In this document: in pieces, positions 1-16,300 of the stretch | Numbering within the stretch: position 1 is the stretch's first letter | How the letters are laid out: every line of letters starts with the position of its first letter | Origin: Octopus bimaculoides | Taxonomy: Eukaryota | Reading direction: 5' to 3' | DNA: 64,000 bases | Assembly: GCF_001194135.2 (NCBI RefSeq) | Contig: NC_068986.1 | Span: 26,354,519 to 26,418,518, forward strand | The notes under the pieces: generated by a model | Database searches by the model: none | What the model was told of the DNA's origin: nothing | The model's input: only the letters and a program-made list of their open reading frames with translations | Translations under genes and position numbers: made by a program

Positions 1-290
1 GCAAAAAATCTTCAAATTCCTCTTCCTACTGTTAATAGAATTATAGTGAAATTCAAAAGCCAAAGAAAAGAATCAACAGATTCTCGTCTCGGTCGACTTG
101 GGCCCTCGGAAAGGAAGCTTCGCTGTTTGAAGAGAATTGTGGAAAACAAACCCCGCTCGAAGGCTTCTGACATTGCAAAACAGCTAGAAGTTAGTCCAAG
201 AACATGTGTTACATATCTGCTTAAGCTTGGGTATTATGGATGAGCAGCTAGAAGAAAACCTCTCCTTCAAATAATTAATATCAAATAAAA
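1..290 (+). mobile_element. Tc1-like transposase N-terminal fragment (decayed)
   Basis: Frame 1 reads [19 protein letters not shown]...[60 protein letters not shown], matching the Tc1 paired HTH domains and the G-x-x-x-R-x-A-R-R-K-P-L-L motif; one premature stop. Confidence 0.8.
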
Positions 291-1243
291 GATTTTGAAA
301 ATTAAAGGTGTCTATTTACTTCCTGCATGTCTGTGTATAACTCATATTAATTTATGTCTGTGGATAACTCATATTAATATAACTCATATTAATTTATGAC
401 TTTAAACTGTTGTCAGCAGATGGTTTCAAATTCAAATCCAGGTGCAATTTCAACTGCAGGTAAGGGTTTTCCCCATGTCTGACATAAAGATTTATTTATT
501 AGCTCATGGAATGTCATACTTATCAAGGTATGTTAAAACAGAAAATTTAAAACAAAAGAGCAAGCTAATTGCTCCCATTTCTCTCGAGTGTTGTAACCAT
601 CTATGAGCAGTTTAATTGAGATTTAGAGAATTCATATCTTATCAGGTAAAAATAAATAAATAAATACATAAAAGCAAACAGAAAAGAAATTTCTTATTCA
701 CGTTATGTAAAAAGAAATCGTAATAAAATTGTTAATCATGCTAAACCAAGCATGTTATGTGTGCCAGTAGGCAGTCTGTCTACCATTGCATGTGATAGAA
801 GAAGCTTTTTTGTGGTCATTTGACTTGCTAGAAATAGCAGTAAAATCTTCAAATTACACTCTGTTAACTTTAAAAATGGATCCATTAGACAAAATTGTCC
901 TAGGTATACTGTACCAGAAAAAAAAAACAATACAAAATTACAATAAAAAAGAATCGATCACAGTTGGAACAGCTTTTATCAGAATTTTTCTTGATCATCA
1001 CTAGCCTGGAGCTAAACAACAGTGAGTTACTTTGTGAGATGTGAGGTGTGATGTAAAGAAGTATTGAGAAGACATTCAAAGAAGAATTGTAGTAAAATTA
1101 TATAAAAAGAATTTTGATGTTGTCTTTAAATCAATCGAACTGAATCATGGTTTATTCTACATTGGATGTCAATTAAATTGATCATATTTGACCTTAGAAA
1201 TATTGACAAGTTCTGGGGGTGGAGGTAATTTAATTGACTAACC

Positions 1244-2230
1244 CAGGGATGGGGAACCTTTTTGTGCATGAATATCACCCTACAATTCATCATCCCTCAT
1301 AGAGGCCGCATTGAACAAATTATTTTTTTTTTAGTTATTTTATCCCCTAAGTAATTTATTAGTAATCTAACAAAAGAAAGACAGGTGTGTAGAAATCGAA
1401 AGCATGACTTTTCAAATAGTTTAAGTAAGTAGGTACCTTGTATACAAGTAATAAGTAAATGAACAATAATCTTATAAAAAAGACAGCTTATGAACATCGA
1501 GAATATAACATTTTCAAATATTTAGTTTAGGCAAGTAGGTACTTTTTATACAAATTAATGACTGCTTTGAATTTGCTTTTTTTGAGAAAGCATTTTGGTA
1601 TCAGGCTCTAACATAGTGGTTCTTAGTTTCAATTGGTCTGCTAAATGCTCATCTGTCAATTGCATTCTCAGCGAATTCTTGATTTGCATCAAGTATGAGA
1701 ATGTGAATTCACAACACTATGTGGAAGAAAAGCAGGAGATTAGTTTGCATGCATGTTTATGAAGACGAGGATATTCTCCCACATTTTTCCAAATTTTGAT
1801 AGGATTTTCCTTCTTCTCAAACAGAGATTTCAGGATATTATCTTCAGACATTTCAATAAACTCCATTTGTAACTCGTTGGGAGCCCCTGAAGCATCAACT
1901 AGGTGAGGCTGAAAAGCAAATTTCAGAGTGACATTATGTTTTTCAAAATCATTGAATCTTTTATTATATTCTTCTATTAATGATTCTAAAACTGACTCAT
2001 ATTCTTCAAAAGATTCATAAATATAGTCTTTATTTTCACTCATTACTTTTGTAATGTTCTTCTGAAAGTTTTGATTGAGCTGAAAGGAACTTGAAAAATG
2101 ACAATTTTTTGCTAAATGCCCAAACTTTTTGCCACATATCATAAATACATTTATTTTTGCCTTACAACGAAATGTTTAACTCGTTTTGTTTTGACATCAC
2201 ATCACATAAAAGTGCCACCTCTCTGTAAAA
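1244..2230 (-). mobile_element. hAT transposon 3' part (Buster/Charlie/SPIN, GTF2IRD2-like transposase)
   Basis: ORF 2142-1717 continues past one TAG as STx CCEFTFSYLMQIKNSLRMQLTDEHLADQLKLRTTMLEPD...KKQIQSSH* (stop 1555-1557), the hAT dimerisation domain; TIR-like CAGGGATGGGGAACCTT at 1244. Confidence 0.85.
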
Positions 2231-2334
2231 GTTTGGATCTGATAAATCACAATGTAATCAACTTATTCTCTCCCGAAAATTGCTGGCCCTGAGTCAAAAT
2301 TTGAAACCATCATCATTATCATTATTATTATTAA

Positions 2335-2529
2335 TGTAATGAACTGGCAGAATCATTAAGCAAAATGCTAGCAGCCTTTCATCCATCTTTACGTTCTGAG
2401 TTCAAATTCCATCAGGGTCGACTTTGTCTTTCATCCTTTCAGGGTCGATGAAATAAATACACTGGGGTTGATGTGATCGACTTGTCTCCATCCCCCCAAA
2501 TTCCAGGCCTTGTGCCTATAGTAGAAAAG

Positions 2530-2530
<1 letters not shown>
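2335..2530 (+). mobile_element. tRNA-derived SINE family B
   Basis: GA(A/G)CTGGCAGAATC head, GTTCAAATTCC B-box, GGGTCGAT core and (ATT)n tail; same sequence recurs several times in the window. Confidence 0.75.
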
Positions 2531-3535
<1,005 letters not shown>

Positions 3536-5011
3536 TGTAAATGAAACAGGAAGAGTCACTCCTGGATTGAAGTAGTCTGGCCAGTCAGATTCTGATTGGT
3601 CAGAATACGTCAGTGAGGATGGTGTAAAGAATACATTGTGTGTATGTGTGTATTTGTATGTGTGTGTATCTGTATGTGTGTGTGTCCTACATGTGTACAT
3701 GTACTTATCAGTATATGTGTGTGGCTACACATATCTGTGTACATTACACATGTGTATATGTATGTATGAGTGTGNNNNNNNNNNNNNNNNNNNNNNNNNN
3801 NNNNNNNNNNNNNNNNNNNNNNNNNNNNNNNNNNNNNNNNNNNNNNNNNNNNNNNNNNNNNNNNNNNNNNNNNNNNNNNNNNNNNNNNNNNNNNNNNNNN
3901 NNNNNNNNNNNNNNNNNNNNNNNNNNNNNNNNNNNNNNNNNNNNNNNNNNNNNNNNNNNNNNNNNNNNNNNNNNNNNNNNNNNNNNNNNNNNNNNNNNNN
4001 NNNNNNNNNNNNNNNNNNNNNNNNNNNNNNNNNNNNNNNNNNNNNNNNNNNNNNNNNNNNNNNNNNNNNNNNNNNNNNNNNNNNNNNNNNNNNNNNNNNN
4101 NNNNNNNNNNNNNNNNNNNNNNNNNNNNNNNNNNNNNNNNNNNNNNNNNNNNNNNNNNNNNNNNNNNNNNNNNNNNNNNNNNNNNNNNNNNNNNNNNNNN
4201 NNNNNNNNNNNNNNNNNNNNNNNNNNNNNNNNNNNNNNNNNNNNNNNNNNNNNNNNNNNNNNNNNNNNNNNNNNNNNNNNNNNNNNNNNNNNNNNNNNNN
4301 NNNNNNNNNNNNNNNNNNNNNNNNNNNNNNNNNNNNNNNNNNNNNNNNNNNNNNNNNNNNNNNNNNNNNNNNNNNNNNNNNNNNNNNNNNNNNNNNNNNN
4401 NNNNNNNNNNNNNNNNNNNNNNNNNNNNNNNNNNNNNNNNNNNNNNACATTTCTTGTTTTACAAATGCGTGGTGTTTTAGCTGCTGGTTGACTTTGTATA
4501 GAATGAAATGTCTTTTTATGGTTTGTCGGTCAGCCGTCAAAATAATTTTCATAAAAATGAGTGAACTTCATAAATAAGAAATATGTCCTACCATCCAAAG
4601 AAGAAAAGATTCCAAAACTTTTTTATTAAAATAGTTCTTGATGAACAGGCTTATGATAATTTTAAAATAATATATATATAGATCAACAAATTGAGGCCAG
4701 CCATAAGCAACAGAAAAGAAATACATGAAGCACACTGGTTGGTATAGCAACACCAGTCTGCGCATGTCACCTTCTTCCACAACACATCTGAGCAACGATT
4801 TTTGTTTTTTCTTCCATCCCTCACTTTTCCGCATGTCCTGAAGAAGGAGTCATTATCTCAAACTATAGAAATATAAGGTAGAACTACAAAATTCATTTGT
4901 TTTCTTTTCTTTTTGTAGTTTACTTTATATCATCTCACATTGTTCTGGCCATACTCAACGAGTCTCTTTAATGGAATATCACATAATGCTTTACCAAAAC
5001 CACTCCATATA

Positions 5012-5162
5012 TATCATCATCATCATTTAATGTCCATTTTCCATGATGTTTTGGGTTGGATGATTTGACAGGATCGGGCAAGCTGTAGGGCTGCCGAGCT
5101 CCGGTAGCAACTTTAACATGTTTTTTAAGGTTGGATGCCCTTCCTAATGCTAACCACTTCAT
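5012..5162 (-). mobile_element. RTE-LINE 3' end copy with (GAT)n tail
   Basis: Matches 26487-26640 (CATCATC-TTTAA-GTCC-TTTCCATG...GGATGCCCTTCCTAA-GCCAACCAC). Further copies near 5395-5520, 10590-10752 (+), 20153-20262, 53836-53970, 58510-58620, 62533-62800, 63400-63690. Confidence 0.7.
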
Positions 5163-5174
5163 ACATGTATTTAT

Positions 5175-7871
<2,697 letters not shown>

Positions 7872-8369
7872 TGTTTCAAACAATAGTGTAATATTCCCCA
7901 TACATATTTTGACAGGTGTGTTATTTAATGCGTTAATACCATATAAGAAGCTGTGTCATAAACATATAATTCCTCGTTAACTATTTTGGCAATAATACCT
8001 ACGATTAACACTCTCTCCCTCTGTCTCTCTGTCTGTCTGTCTCTCTCTCTTTGTCTCTCNNNNNNNNNNNNNNNNNNNNNNNNNNNNNNNNNNNNNNNNN
8101 NNNNNNNNNNNNNNNNNNNNNNNNNNNNNNNNNNNNNNNNNNNNNNNNNNNNNNNNNNNNNNNNNNNNNNNNNNNNNNNNNNNNNNNNNNNNNNNNNNNN
8201 NNNNNNNNNNNNNNNNNNNNNNNNNNNNNNNNNNNNNNNNNNNNNNNNNNNNNNNNNNNNNNNNNNNNNNNNNNNNNNNNNNNTTTTAATTAAAGGATAC
8301 GACTGAACTGATTAATTCAAAGATCATCACAGAACCATCCATATATAGAACTTAAATGTGATCTATTAT

Positions 8370-9058
8370 CTTTTATCTTTTACTTGTTTCAGTCATTTGA
8401 CTGTGGCCATGCTGGGGCACCACCTTGAAGGGTGTTAGTCAAATAAATTGTCCCCAGGACTTATATCTTTTTTTTTTTTAAGCCTAATACTTACACTTTC
8501 AGTCTTTTACTGAGCCGCTAAGTTACAGGGACATAAACACACCAACACTGGTTGTCGAGCAGTGGTGAGGGACAAACACAGACACAAAGATACACACACA
8601 CACACATAAATATATACATACACACATACACACATATACACGTACATGCATTCATACATACATACATACATACATAATACATACATACATATANNNNNNN
8701 NNNNNNNNNNNNNNNNNNNNNNNNNNNNNNNNNNNNNNNNNNNNNNNNNNNNNNNNNNNNNNNNNNNNNNNNNNNNNNNNNNNNNNNNNNNNNNNNNNNN
8801 NNNNNNNNNNNNNNNNNNNNNNNNNNNNNNNNNNNNNNNNNNNNNNNNNNNNNNNNNNNNNNNNNNNNNNNNNNNNNNTATATATATATATATATGTATG
8901 ACAGGCTTCTTTCAGTTTCCATTCTACCAAATCCACTCACAAAGCTTTGGTCAACCTGAGACTATAGTAGAAGACACTTGCCCAAGGTGTCATACAGTGG
9001 GATCGAATCTAGAACCATATCATTGGGAAGCAAGCGCCTTACCTCACAGCTATGCCTG
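8370..9058 (-). mobile_element. tRNA-derived SINE family A (gap inside its internal microsatellite)
   Basis: Collinear with 11372-11817. Confidence 0.75.
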
Positions 9059-11371
9059 CTAGACATTTCTGACACAGCATTCAGTCTGATTATGTTATAC
9101 TTACTTTTAAGACATTTTTCCTTAAAGGAATAGTTTATATCTATAACAGCATATGTGACTCTTGGACTCGGAAGAGGAGAGAAACTAACTGGATAGATTG
9201 CATCAATGACAATTTGTTAAATTTCTCCACAAGTGCAGGGTGGTTATGTGGTAAGAGGTATGCTTTCCAGCCGCATGGTTCTGGACTCTGTCCTGCTGTG
9301 TGGCACTTTGGGCAAGTGTCTTGTACTATTGCCCTGGGTCAATCAAAGCCTTGTAAGTGGATTTGGTAGATGGAAACTGAAAGAAGCCCATCACACACAC
9401 ACACATAGTCCATTCTGATGAGTGGTTGGTGTTAGGAAGGGCATCCAGCTGTAAAAATCCTGCCAAAACGGTTACAGAAGTCTGGTGCAGGCTTCTTCCT
9501 GGCCAGGTGTTGTCAAACTGTTCCACCCATGNNNNNNNNNNNNNNNNNNNNNNNNNNNNNNNNNNNNNNNNNNNNNNNNNNNNNNNNNNNNNNNNNNNNN
9601 NNNNNNNNNNNNNNNNNNNNNNNNNNNNNNNNNNNNNNNNNNNNNNNNNNNNNNNNNNNNNNNNNNNNNNNNNNNNNNNNNNNNNNNNNNNNNNNNNNNN
9701 NNNNNNNNNNNNNNNNNNNNNNNNNNNNNNNNNNNNNNNNNNNNNNNNNNNNNNNNNNNNNNNNNNNNNNNNNNNNNNNNNNNNNNNNNNNNNNNNNNNN
9801 NNNNNNNNNNNNNNNNNNNNNNNNNNNNNNNNNNNNNNNNNNNNNNNNNNNNNNNNNNNNNNNNNNNNNNNNNNNNNNNNNNNNNNNNNNNNNNNNNNNN
9901 NNNNNNNNNNNNNNNNNNNNNNNNNNNNNNNNNNNNNNNNNNNNNNNNNNNNNNNNNNNNNNNNNNNNNNNNNNNNNNNNNNNNNNNNNNNNNNNNNNNN
10001 NNNNNNNNNNNNNNNNNNNNNNNNNNNNNNNNNNNNNNNNNNNNNNNNNNNNNNNNNNNNNNNNNNNNNNNNNNNNNNNNNNNNNNNNNNNNNNNNNNNN
10101 NNNNNNNNNNNNNNNNNNNNNNNNNNNNNNNNNNNNNNNNNNNNNNNNNNNNNNNNNNNNNNNNNNNNNNNNNNNNNNNNNNNNNNNNNNNNNNNNNNNN
10201 NNNNNNNNNNNNNNNNNNNNNNNNNNNNNNNNNNNNNNNNNNNNNNNNNNNNNNNNNNNNNNNNNNNNNNNNNNNNNNNNNNNNNNNNNNNNNNNNNNNN
10301 NNNNNNNNNNNNNNNNNNNNNNNNNNNNNNNNNNNNNNNNNNNNNNNNNNNNNNNNNNNNNNNNNNNNNNNNNNNNNNNNNNNNNNNNNNNNNNNNNNNN
10401 NNNNNNNNNNNNNNNNNNNNNNNNNNNNNNNNNNNNNNNNNNNNNNNNNNNNNNNNNNNNNNNNNNNNNNNNNNNNNNNNNNNNNNNNNNNNNNNNNNNN
10501 NNNNNNNNNNNNNNNCAATCAAAGCCTTGTAAGTGGATTTGGTAGATGGAAACTGAAAGAAGCCCATCACACACACACACATAGTCCATTCTGATGAGTG
10601 GTTGGTGTTAGGAAGGGCATCCAGCTGTAGAAACTCTGCCAAATTAGATTGGAGCCTGGTGTTGCCATCCGGTTTCACCAGTCCTCAGTCAAATCGTCCA
10701 ACCCATGCTAGCATGGAAAGCGGACGTTAAACGATGATGATGATGATGATGATATATATATGTATATATTTACCAATGTCATGTAACAAGCACCCTGCTG
10801 GTGGCATGTAAAAAGCACCATTCGAGCATTGGGCCTCATGGAGACAATGACAAAGTGAGTACTGGGGTCAATTTGTTTGACTAAAATCTTTAAGGCAGTG
10901 CCCCAGCATGGTCACAGTCCAATGACTGAAGCAAGTAAAAGTTAACATAGAAATAAAAAATAAATTTGGCACAAAGTGAATGTGTCAGTGATTTAACAGC
11001 ATATGAGAAAGAGTTTGGTATTTATCCTGTAATTCTCAGGAGTAGGATACAATGGATGTTATAGTTATTTTGTTAGCTGCAAGTTAGCCCTGATTGAATA
11101 GATTTATGATTAAAGCATTCAAGCTATGACCAACCTGTCTTCTATATTTTTTTCCTAGCATTATATAGGATAGCCTTCATTGACTCCAATGTGTTCTCTT
11201 TTAGAAGACAGCAGGATGTGGTTTAATGAAAGTATGGTTGCTATTTCTTGTAGGTTAAGTGTCCACATAGTGACACCCTCATTGGCTCGTCACTATGGAT
11301 GTCACATATGTAACCAAGGGAGTTTCAACAAGTTAAGATAACTTTGTTACCCACAAACATCCTTGCAAATA

Positions 11372-11588
11372 TACTCTTTTACTCTTTTACTTGTTTCAGT
11401 CATTTGACTGCGGCCATGCTGGAGCACCGCCTTTAGTCGAGCAAATCGACCCCAGGACTTATTCTTTGGAAGCCTAGTACTCATTCTATCAGTCTCTTTG
11501 GCCGAACTGCTAAGTTACGGGGACGTAAACACAGCACCATCGGTTGTCAAGCGATGTTGGGGGGACAAACACAGACACACAAACATAT

Positions 11589-11651
<63 letters not shown>

Positions 11652-11817
11652 TACGACAGGCTTCTTTCAGTTTCCGTCTACCAAATCCACTCACAAGGGT
11701 TTGGTCGGCCTGAGGCTATAGTAGAAGACACTTGCCCAAGATGCCACGCAGTGGGAATGAACCCAGAACCATGTGCTTGGTAAGCAAGCTACTTACCACA
11801 CAGCCACTCCTGCGCCT
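11372..11817 (-). mobile_element. tRNA-derived SINE family A, best-preserved copy
   Basis: Minus strand AGGCGCAGGAGTGGCTGTGTGGTAAG (A-box)...GGGTTCATTCCC (B-box)...CTTGGGCAAGTGTCTTC, internal (TA)n, 3' end ATGACTGAAACAAGTAAAAGAG. Other copies: 9233-9392 (+), 14620-14965 (+), 15553-15930 (-), 23460-23675 (+), 32690-32945 (-), 52075-52225 (+), 58750-58915 (-). Confidence 0.85.
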
Positions 11818-13156
11818 ATATGATTATTACTTTCTAATAATTATTTTAATTTTGTGCATTTTACATATTAAATGGTTATGCATTTTGATAAGTGAGAAAC
11901 CCATTGGTTGGAATCTTGGTGATGTCCATGGACATAGTGAAGAAAGGTGGTCTTACAGATACAACATTGCCAAATATAGAACAAGTGTGTAGCTCAGCTC
12001 TAAACAGTATATTTGTAATTGATGATTGTATGTTGTTTCATATATAAGGATATTACACCACCACTGAAAACATGGGCCTTAAAGGTTGACAAATTTAAGA
12101 TAATGTATTGTTTTGTCATAAAGGAGAAGCTAATTTTTTTTGCTTTTTTTTTTCAATGCAGCCTCTTCAAATACAACAGATTTTCATTCATAGCCTTGCT
12201 TTACTGCGCATAGCATCCCTTTTCTTACCACTTACATAGTTTAAGAATAGAGGTAGTAGCTTCACCTCTAATATTTCATCATATCTGCAGCTGGTGATGT
12301 CAGCAACCAGAAAACTTATCTACTACTTCTGGGTAGACATTTGAGTAGCCCATAGTTGTAAGTTTATTACTGCTCATGCTGTTAGCTATTTCAATGCAGC
12401 AGGTACCTTGAAGATTTGATTCCTGGTGAACATACATATTTCATCATACCTTTTGTGTACCCAAAATTCTACTACTGTGCTGTATATCACACAGAGACAC
12501 ATCCACTTTGTAATTAAACAATTAAGCACTTAAGCTGTTATTTTAACAATATATTTTGTGTATATGTATGCATAGATGTATGTATGTATGTATGTATGTA
12601 TTTATGTGGATGTATGTATGCATGTACGTATGTATACATATATTTGTGTGAACATGTGTGTATGTGTGTGTGAGCCTATTTGTGTTTGTTTCTATGTGTA
12701 GCTATATATTAAAAAAAAAACAGTCTGACATTAATTGATTCAATCAATTTTATTCTTATAAGGAAAAGGTTGACAGTGAATTTGAAGTTTCTGCTTAGTT
12801 GCTTTCATCTGACAAAGACAACTAAGTTAAGACTTCTCAAGTCTCTGTCTTCCTTGTAAAAATGTGTATGTGCATGTGTGATTGCATATGTGTGCATGCA
12901 CATTTACATGTACATGTGTATATAATTATGTGTAACATAAGCACTAAATAATAAGCACATCATGCATATATGTTTTCTTTACCTTCTTGTGTACTCAGTA
13001 TTGTTATAAGAATGAATCCAAATGTTTGATCAACTGAAGAATATTCTCTCTGGCCACAAATAAAAATTTTTATATGTTGTTTTTAATATTATTAAGAGGT
13101 GAGAACATGACAAATTGGCTGATACATTAAAAAGTAATACACAATATTTTAAAAGC

Positions 13157-13350
13157 AGTGAGCTGGCAGAATTTTTAGCATCCAGGCAAGATGCTTAGCA
13201 GCATTTCATCCATCTTTAAGTTCTCAGTTCAAATTCTACCAAGGTTGACTTTGCCTTTCATCTTTTCAGGGTCAATAAGTACCAGTTGAGTACTGGGGTC
13301 ATTGAATCGACTTGGCTCCTCCCGCCAACTATTGGCCTTGTACCAAAATT
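13157..13350 (+). mobile_element. SINE family B copy
   Basis: Collinear with 2335-2530; other copies 24820-25015 (+), 36585-36765 (-), 54400-54605 (-), 56075-56255 (-). Confidence 0.75.
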
Positions 13351-16300
13351 AGAAACCAACATTATTATGAGAATCCATCTATAAGCTGGTTGAAAGATTG
13401 ATAGTATGGTTGCTATTTCTTGTAGGTTAAGTGTCCACATAGTGACACCCTCATTGGCTGAGACAATTAATCTTCAGATAGTACCATTATACCTAACTAC
13501 AAACAAGTACCATGGGTGGAGCAGCACTCTGTTATAAGCATCATAAGACCTGTGTTTCATTAGCTTGTAGTGTGGGGTTCAAATTTTAAGAAATATAGCT
13601 GTCTTATGGAGAAGCATGGACTCTACCTCTGCCAGGTTGCTTTTCTCTTGAAAACACATGATGGCAACAATTTTAAGTAAATTCCTGAGAATATGATACT
13701 GAAGAGGACTTAAATTGCAAGTAAATATACTACTATTAAAGTTAGGAAGCATCGTAGAACAAGAGATGGGCTCCCAATGAGCCAAGTTCTAAACTTGGTT
13801 TCAATTTTCAGTTGTAGCAATTTCACTTTACTAACATGTCTTTGAAAAAAACACAAATATCATACAAGCGCTTTGAGGTTTGAAGAAATCAATATCATTA
13901 AAGAAACATGTGGTGAGAATTGTAGAAATAAAAGCCATGTTCCCAGAAAACAGAGGCTGTGTCATGACTTCAATTCCCATGTAAAGCTTATTCACTACAT
14001 ATATCTTCTAAAGACTTATGTATCTAGTGAGGGAAAGAAATCAATATCCTTATAAGATAATTAAGAAACTATTTACAAAATGACATTGAAATTTTTGGTA
14101 ATGTTTTCTTTTTAAATTTTTAGAATAAGTTTTCTTAACTTTCAGATACTTCAGAAAGTCATGCATTATCAAAGATCTCATTTGTCATTCCTATTAGAAT
14201 AACAAACAACATACTTTAAGGAGAAACCACGAGGAGTGACCTCTACTTGAACTAAACAATTACTCATTGTTTTTTAAACTCATTGTAGACGTAATACCGT
14301 AATGTATAAACTAATATATTATTGTTATTCTTATTCATATTCATAATTCCTAGTACTCTTATACACAAAGAAAAGACAGATATGTTTATGATAAAATAGA
14401 TGTACCAAATCAAAATATATTTAAGAGTAAGAATGAAGTTTAAAAAATACAAGATATGTGTAGAATAAGACTTGAAACATGCAAAGTCTAAATGTTTGTC
14501 AAATGTCTACAAAAAAAAAAAAAACTCCAAACCAATCCTCTTCAGCTTTTATTTGCTATTGATAATGCATTTCTGACAAATGCTGTTTATTTTCTGATAG
14601 AAGTATAGAGATATAGACATAGGCATGGCTATGTGGTTAAGAAGGTTGCTTTACAACCATGTAGTTTCATGTTCATTCCCACTATGAGGCATTTTGGGCC
14701 AGTGTTTTCTACTGTCACTCCAGGTCTTTTGAGTGAATTTGATAGGAGAAACTATGCAGAAGCTTGCCATGCATGTGTATTTGTCTCTCAATGTTTGGCA
14801 GTTGGTGTTGGTTTGTTGACATACCTATAACTCAGCGCTTTGGAAAAAAGAGATTCCCAGAATGAGTACCAGACTAAAAATAAGTACTGGAATTTATTTG
14901 ATCGACTAGACCCATTAAGTTGGTACCCCAGCATGGCCACACTCCAATGACAGAAACTAGTAAAATAATTAAAGAATATCATAACTTTTAGGCTTTCTTT
15001 TTTCTTTTTTAAGTATGGTGGAGACAGCTGAGACAGGAGAGAAACAAAATTGAATGCTTTATGTACTTTACACTTTTGAATTGAAATCCTGCTGTGATTG
15101 ACATTAACTTCCATTACTTTTAATTCACTAACATAAATACATTTAATATACTGAAATAAATTCAATGGACTATACTCACTCTCTGTGGCAATAAACTTGT
15201 GCTTAGTCAATCAAAACCAATTTTTGTTGTTTGGTAGTAAACTACTTAGAAAAGTGATGAGCTCCAGATAACTGAATCTGTGATGTAGATTGGATTGTCA
15301 ATTAAGCACGAACATTACAAAATCAAATTATCTTTACAGTATCATGCTTAATATTGTGCATTTATTTTGTAGTTAATGATCAGAAATATTTTCTACTCAT
15401 CTTGTTAAAAAATATATATTAGCAATATCATCAATATTAATACCAAGAGGCAATATTTATCCCCACTTAAACGTGGATGTTCTGTTAGAACAAACTATAC
15501 TGCAGAGGATATCGTGAGAGAAACTCTCATACTGGGTTTTGGTACAAAATGCTCTCTTTTACTCTTTTACTTGTCTCAGTCATTTGACTGCAGCCATACT
15601 GGAGCACTGCCTTTAGTTGAACAAATCGACCCCAAGACTTATTCTTTGTAAGTTTAGTACATATTGTATCAGTCTCTTTTGCCGAACTGCTAAGTTACGG
15701 GGATGTAAACACACCAACCTCAGTTGTCAAGCAATAGTGGGAGGGACAAACACAAACACACAAATACATATATATATGATGGGCTTCTTACACTTTCTGT
15801 CTACCAAATTCACTCACAAGACTTTGGTTGACCCGAGGCTATAGAAGACTCTTGTCCAAAGTACTACACGGTGGGAATGAACCTGGAACCATGAGGTCGG
15901 GAAGCAAGCTTCTTACCACACAGCCATGCCACCTCCAGTACTGAGTCCAGCAGATCATGTGATATCAATCTTCCTTGGTCTTGTCAATGACAGATGCTCA
16001 GCCGGTAAGGACATCAGTGATGCATCTCCCCATCAGCGATATATAAAATAACAGTGTCAGAACAGGCGCTGGTGTTTTGATTAACCAGTGAGCTTGTTAA
16101 CAAAATTTATATTAGCGTCAGAAGCAGTATTAATACAGAGAGGTAATATTTGTCCCCACTTAAATGTGGATGTTCTATTAGAACAAGCTATACTGTAGTA
16201 GTTACCCCGAGAGAAACTCTCATATTGGTTTTTGGTGCAAATGCACTCTTGTTTATATCGCTAGTGGGGAGATAAATCCCTGCCACCTCCAGCACTTAGA

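Noticed and set aside
900-1060. Possible THAP tail (KAVPTVIDS) on -
   Set aside because: Cys/His ligands absent; motif too short.
11700-11817. tRNA genes at SINE heads
   Set aside because: A/B boxes present but no complete cloverleaf; they continue into SINE bodies.
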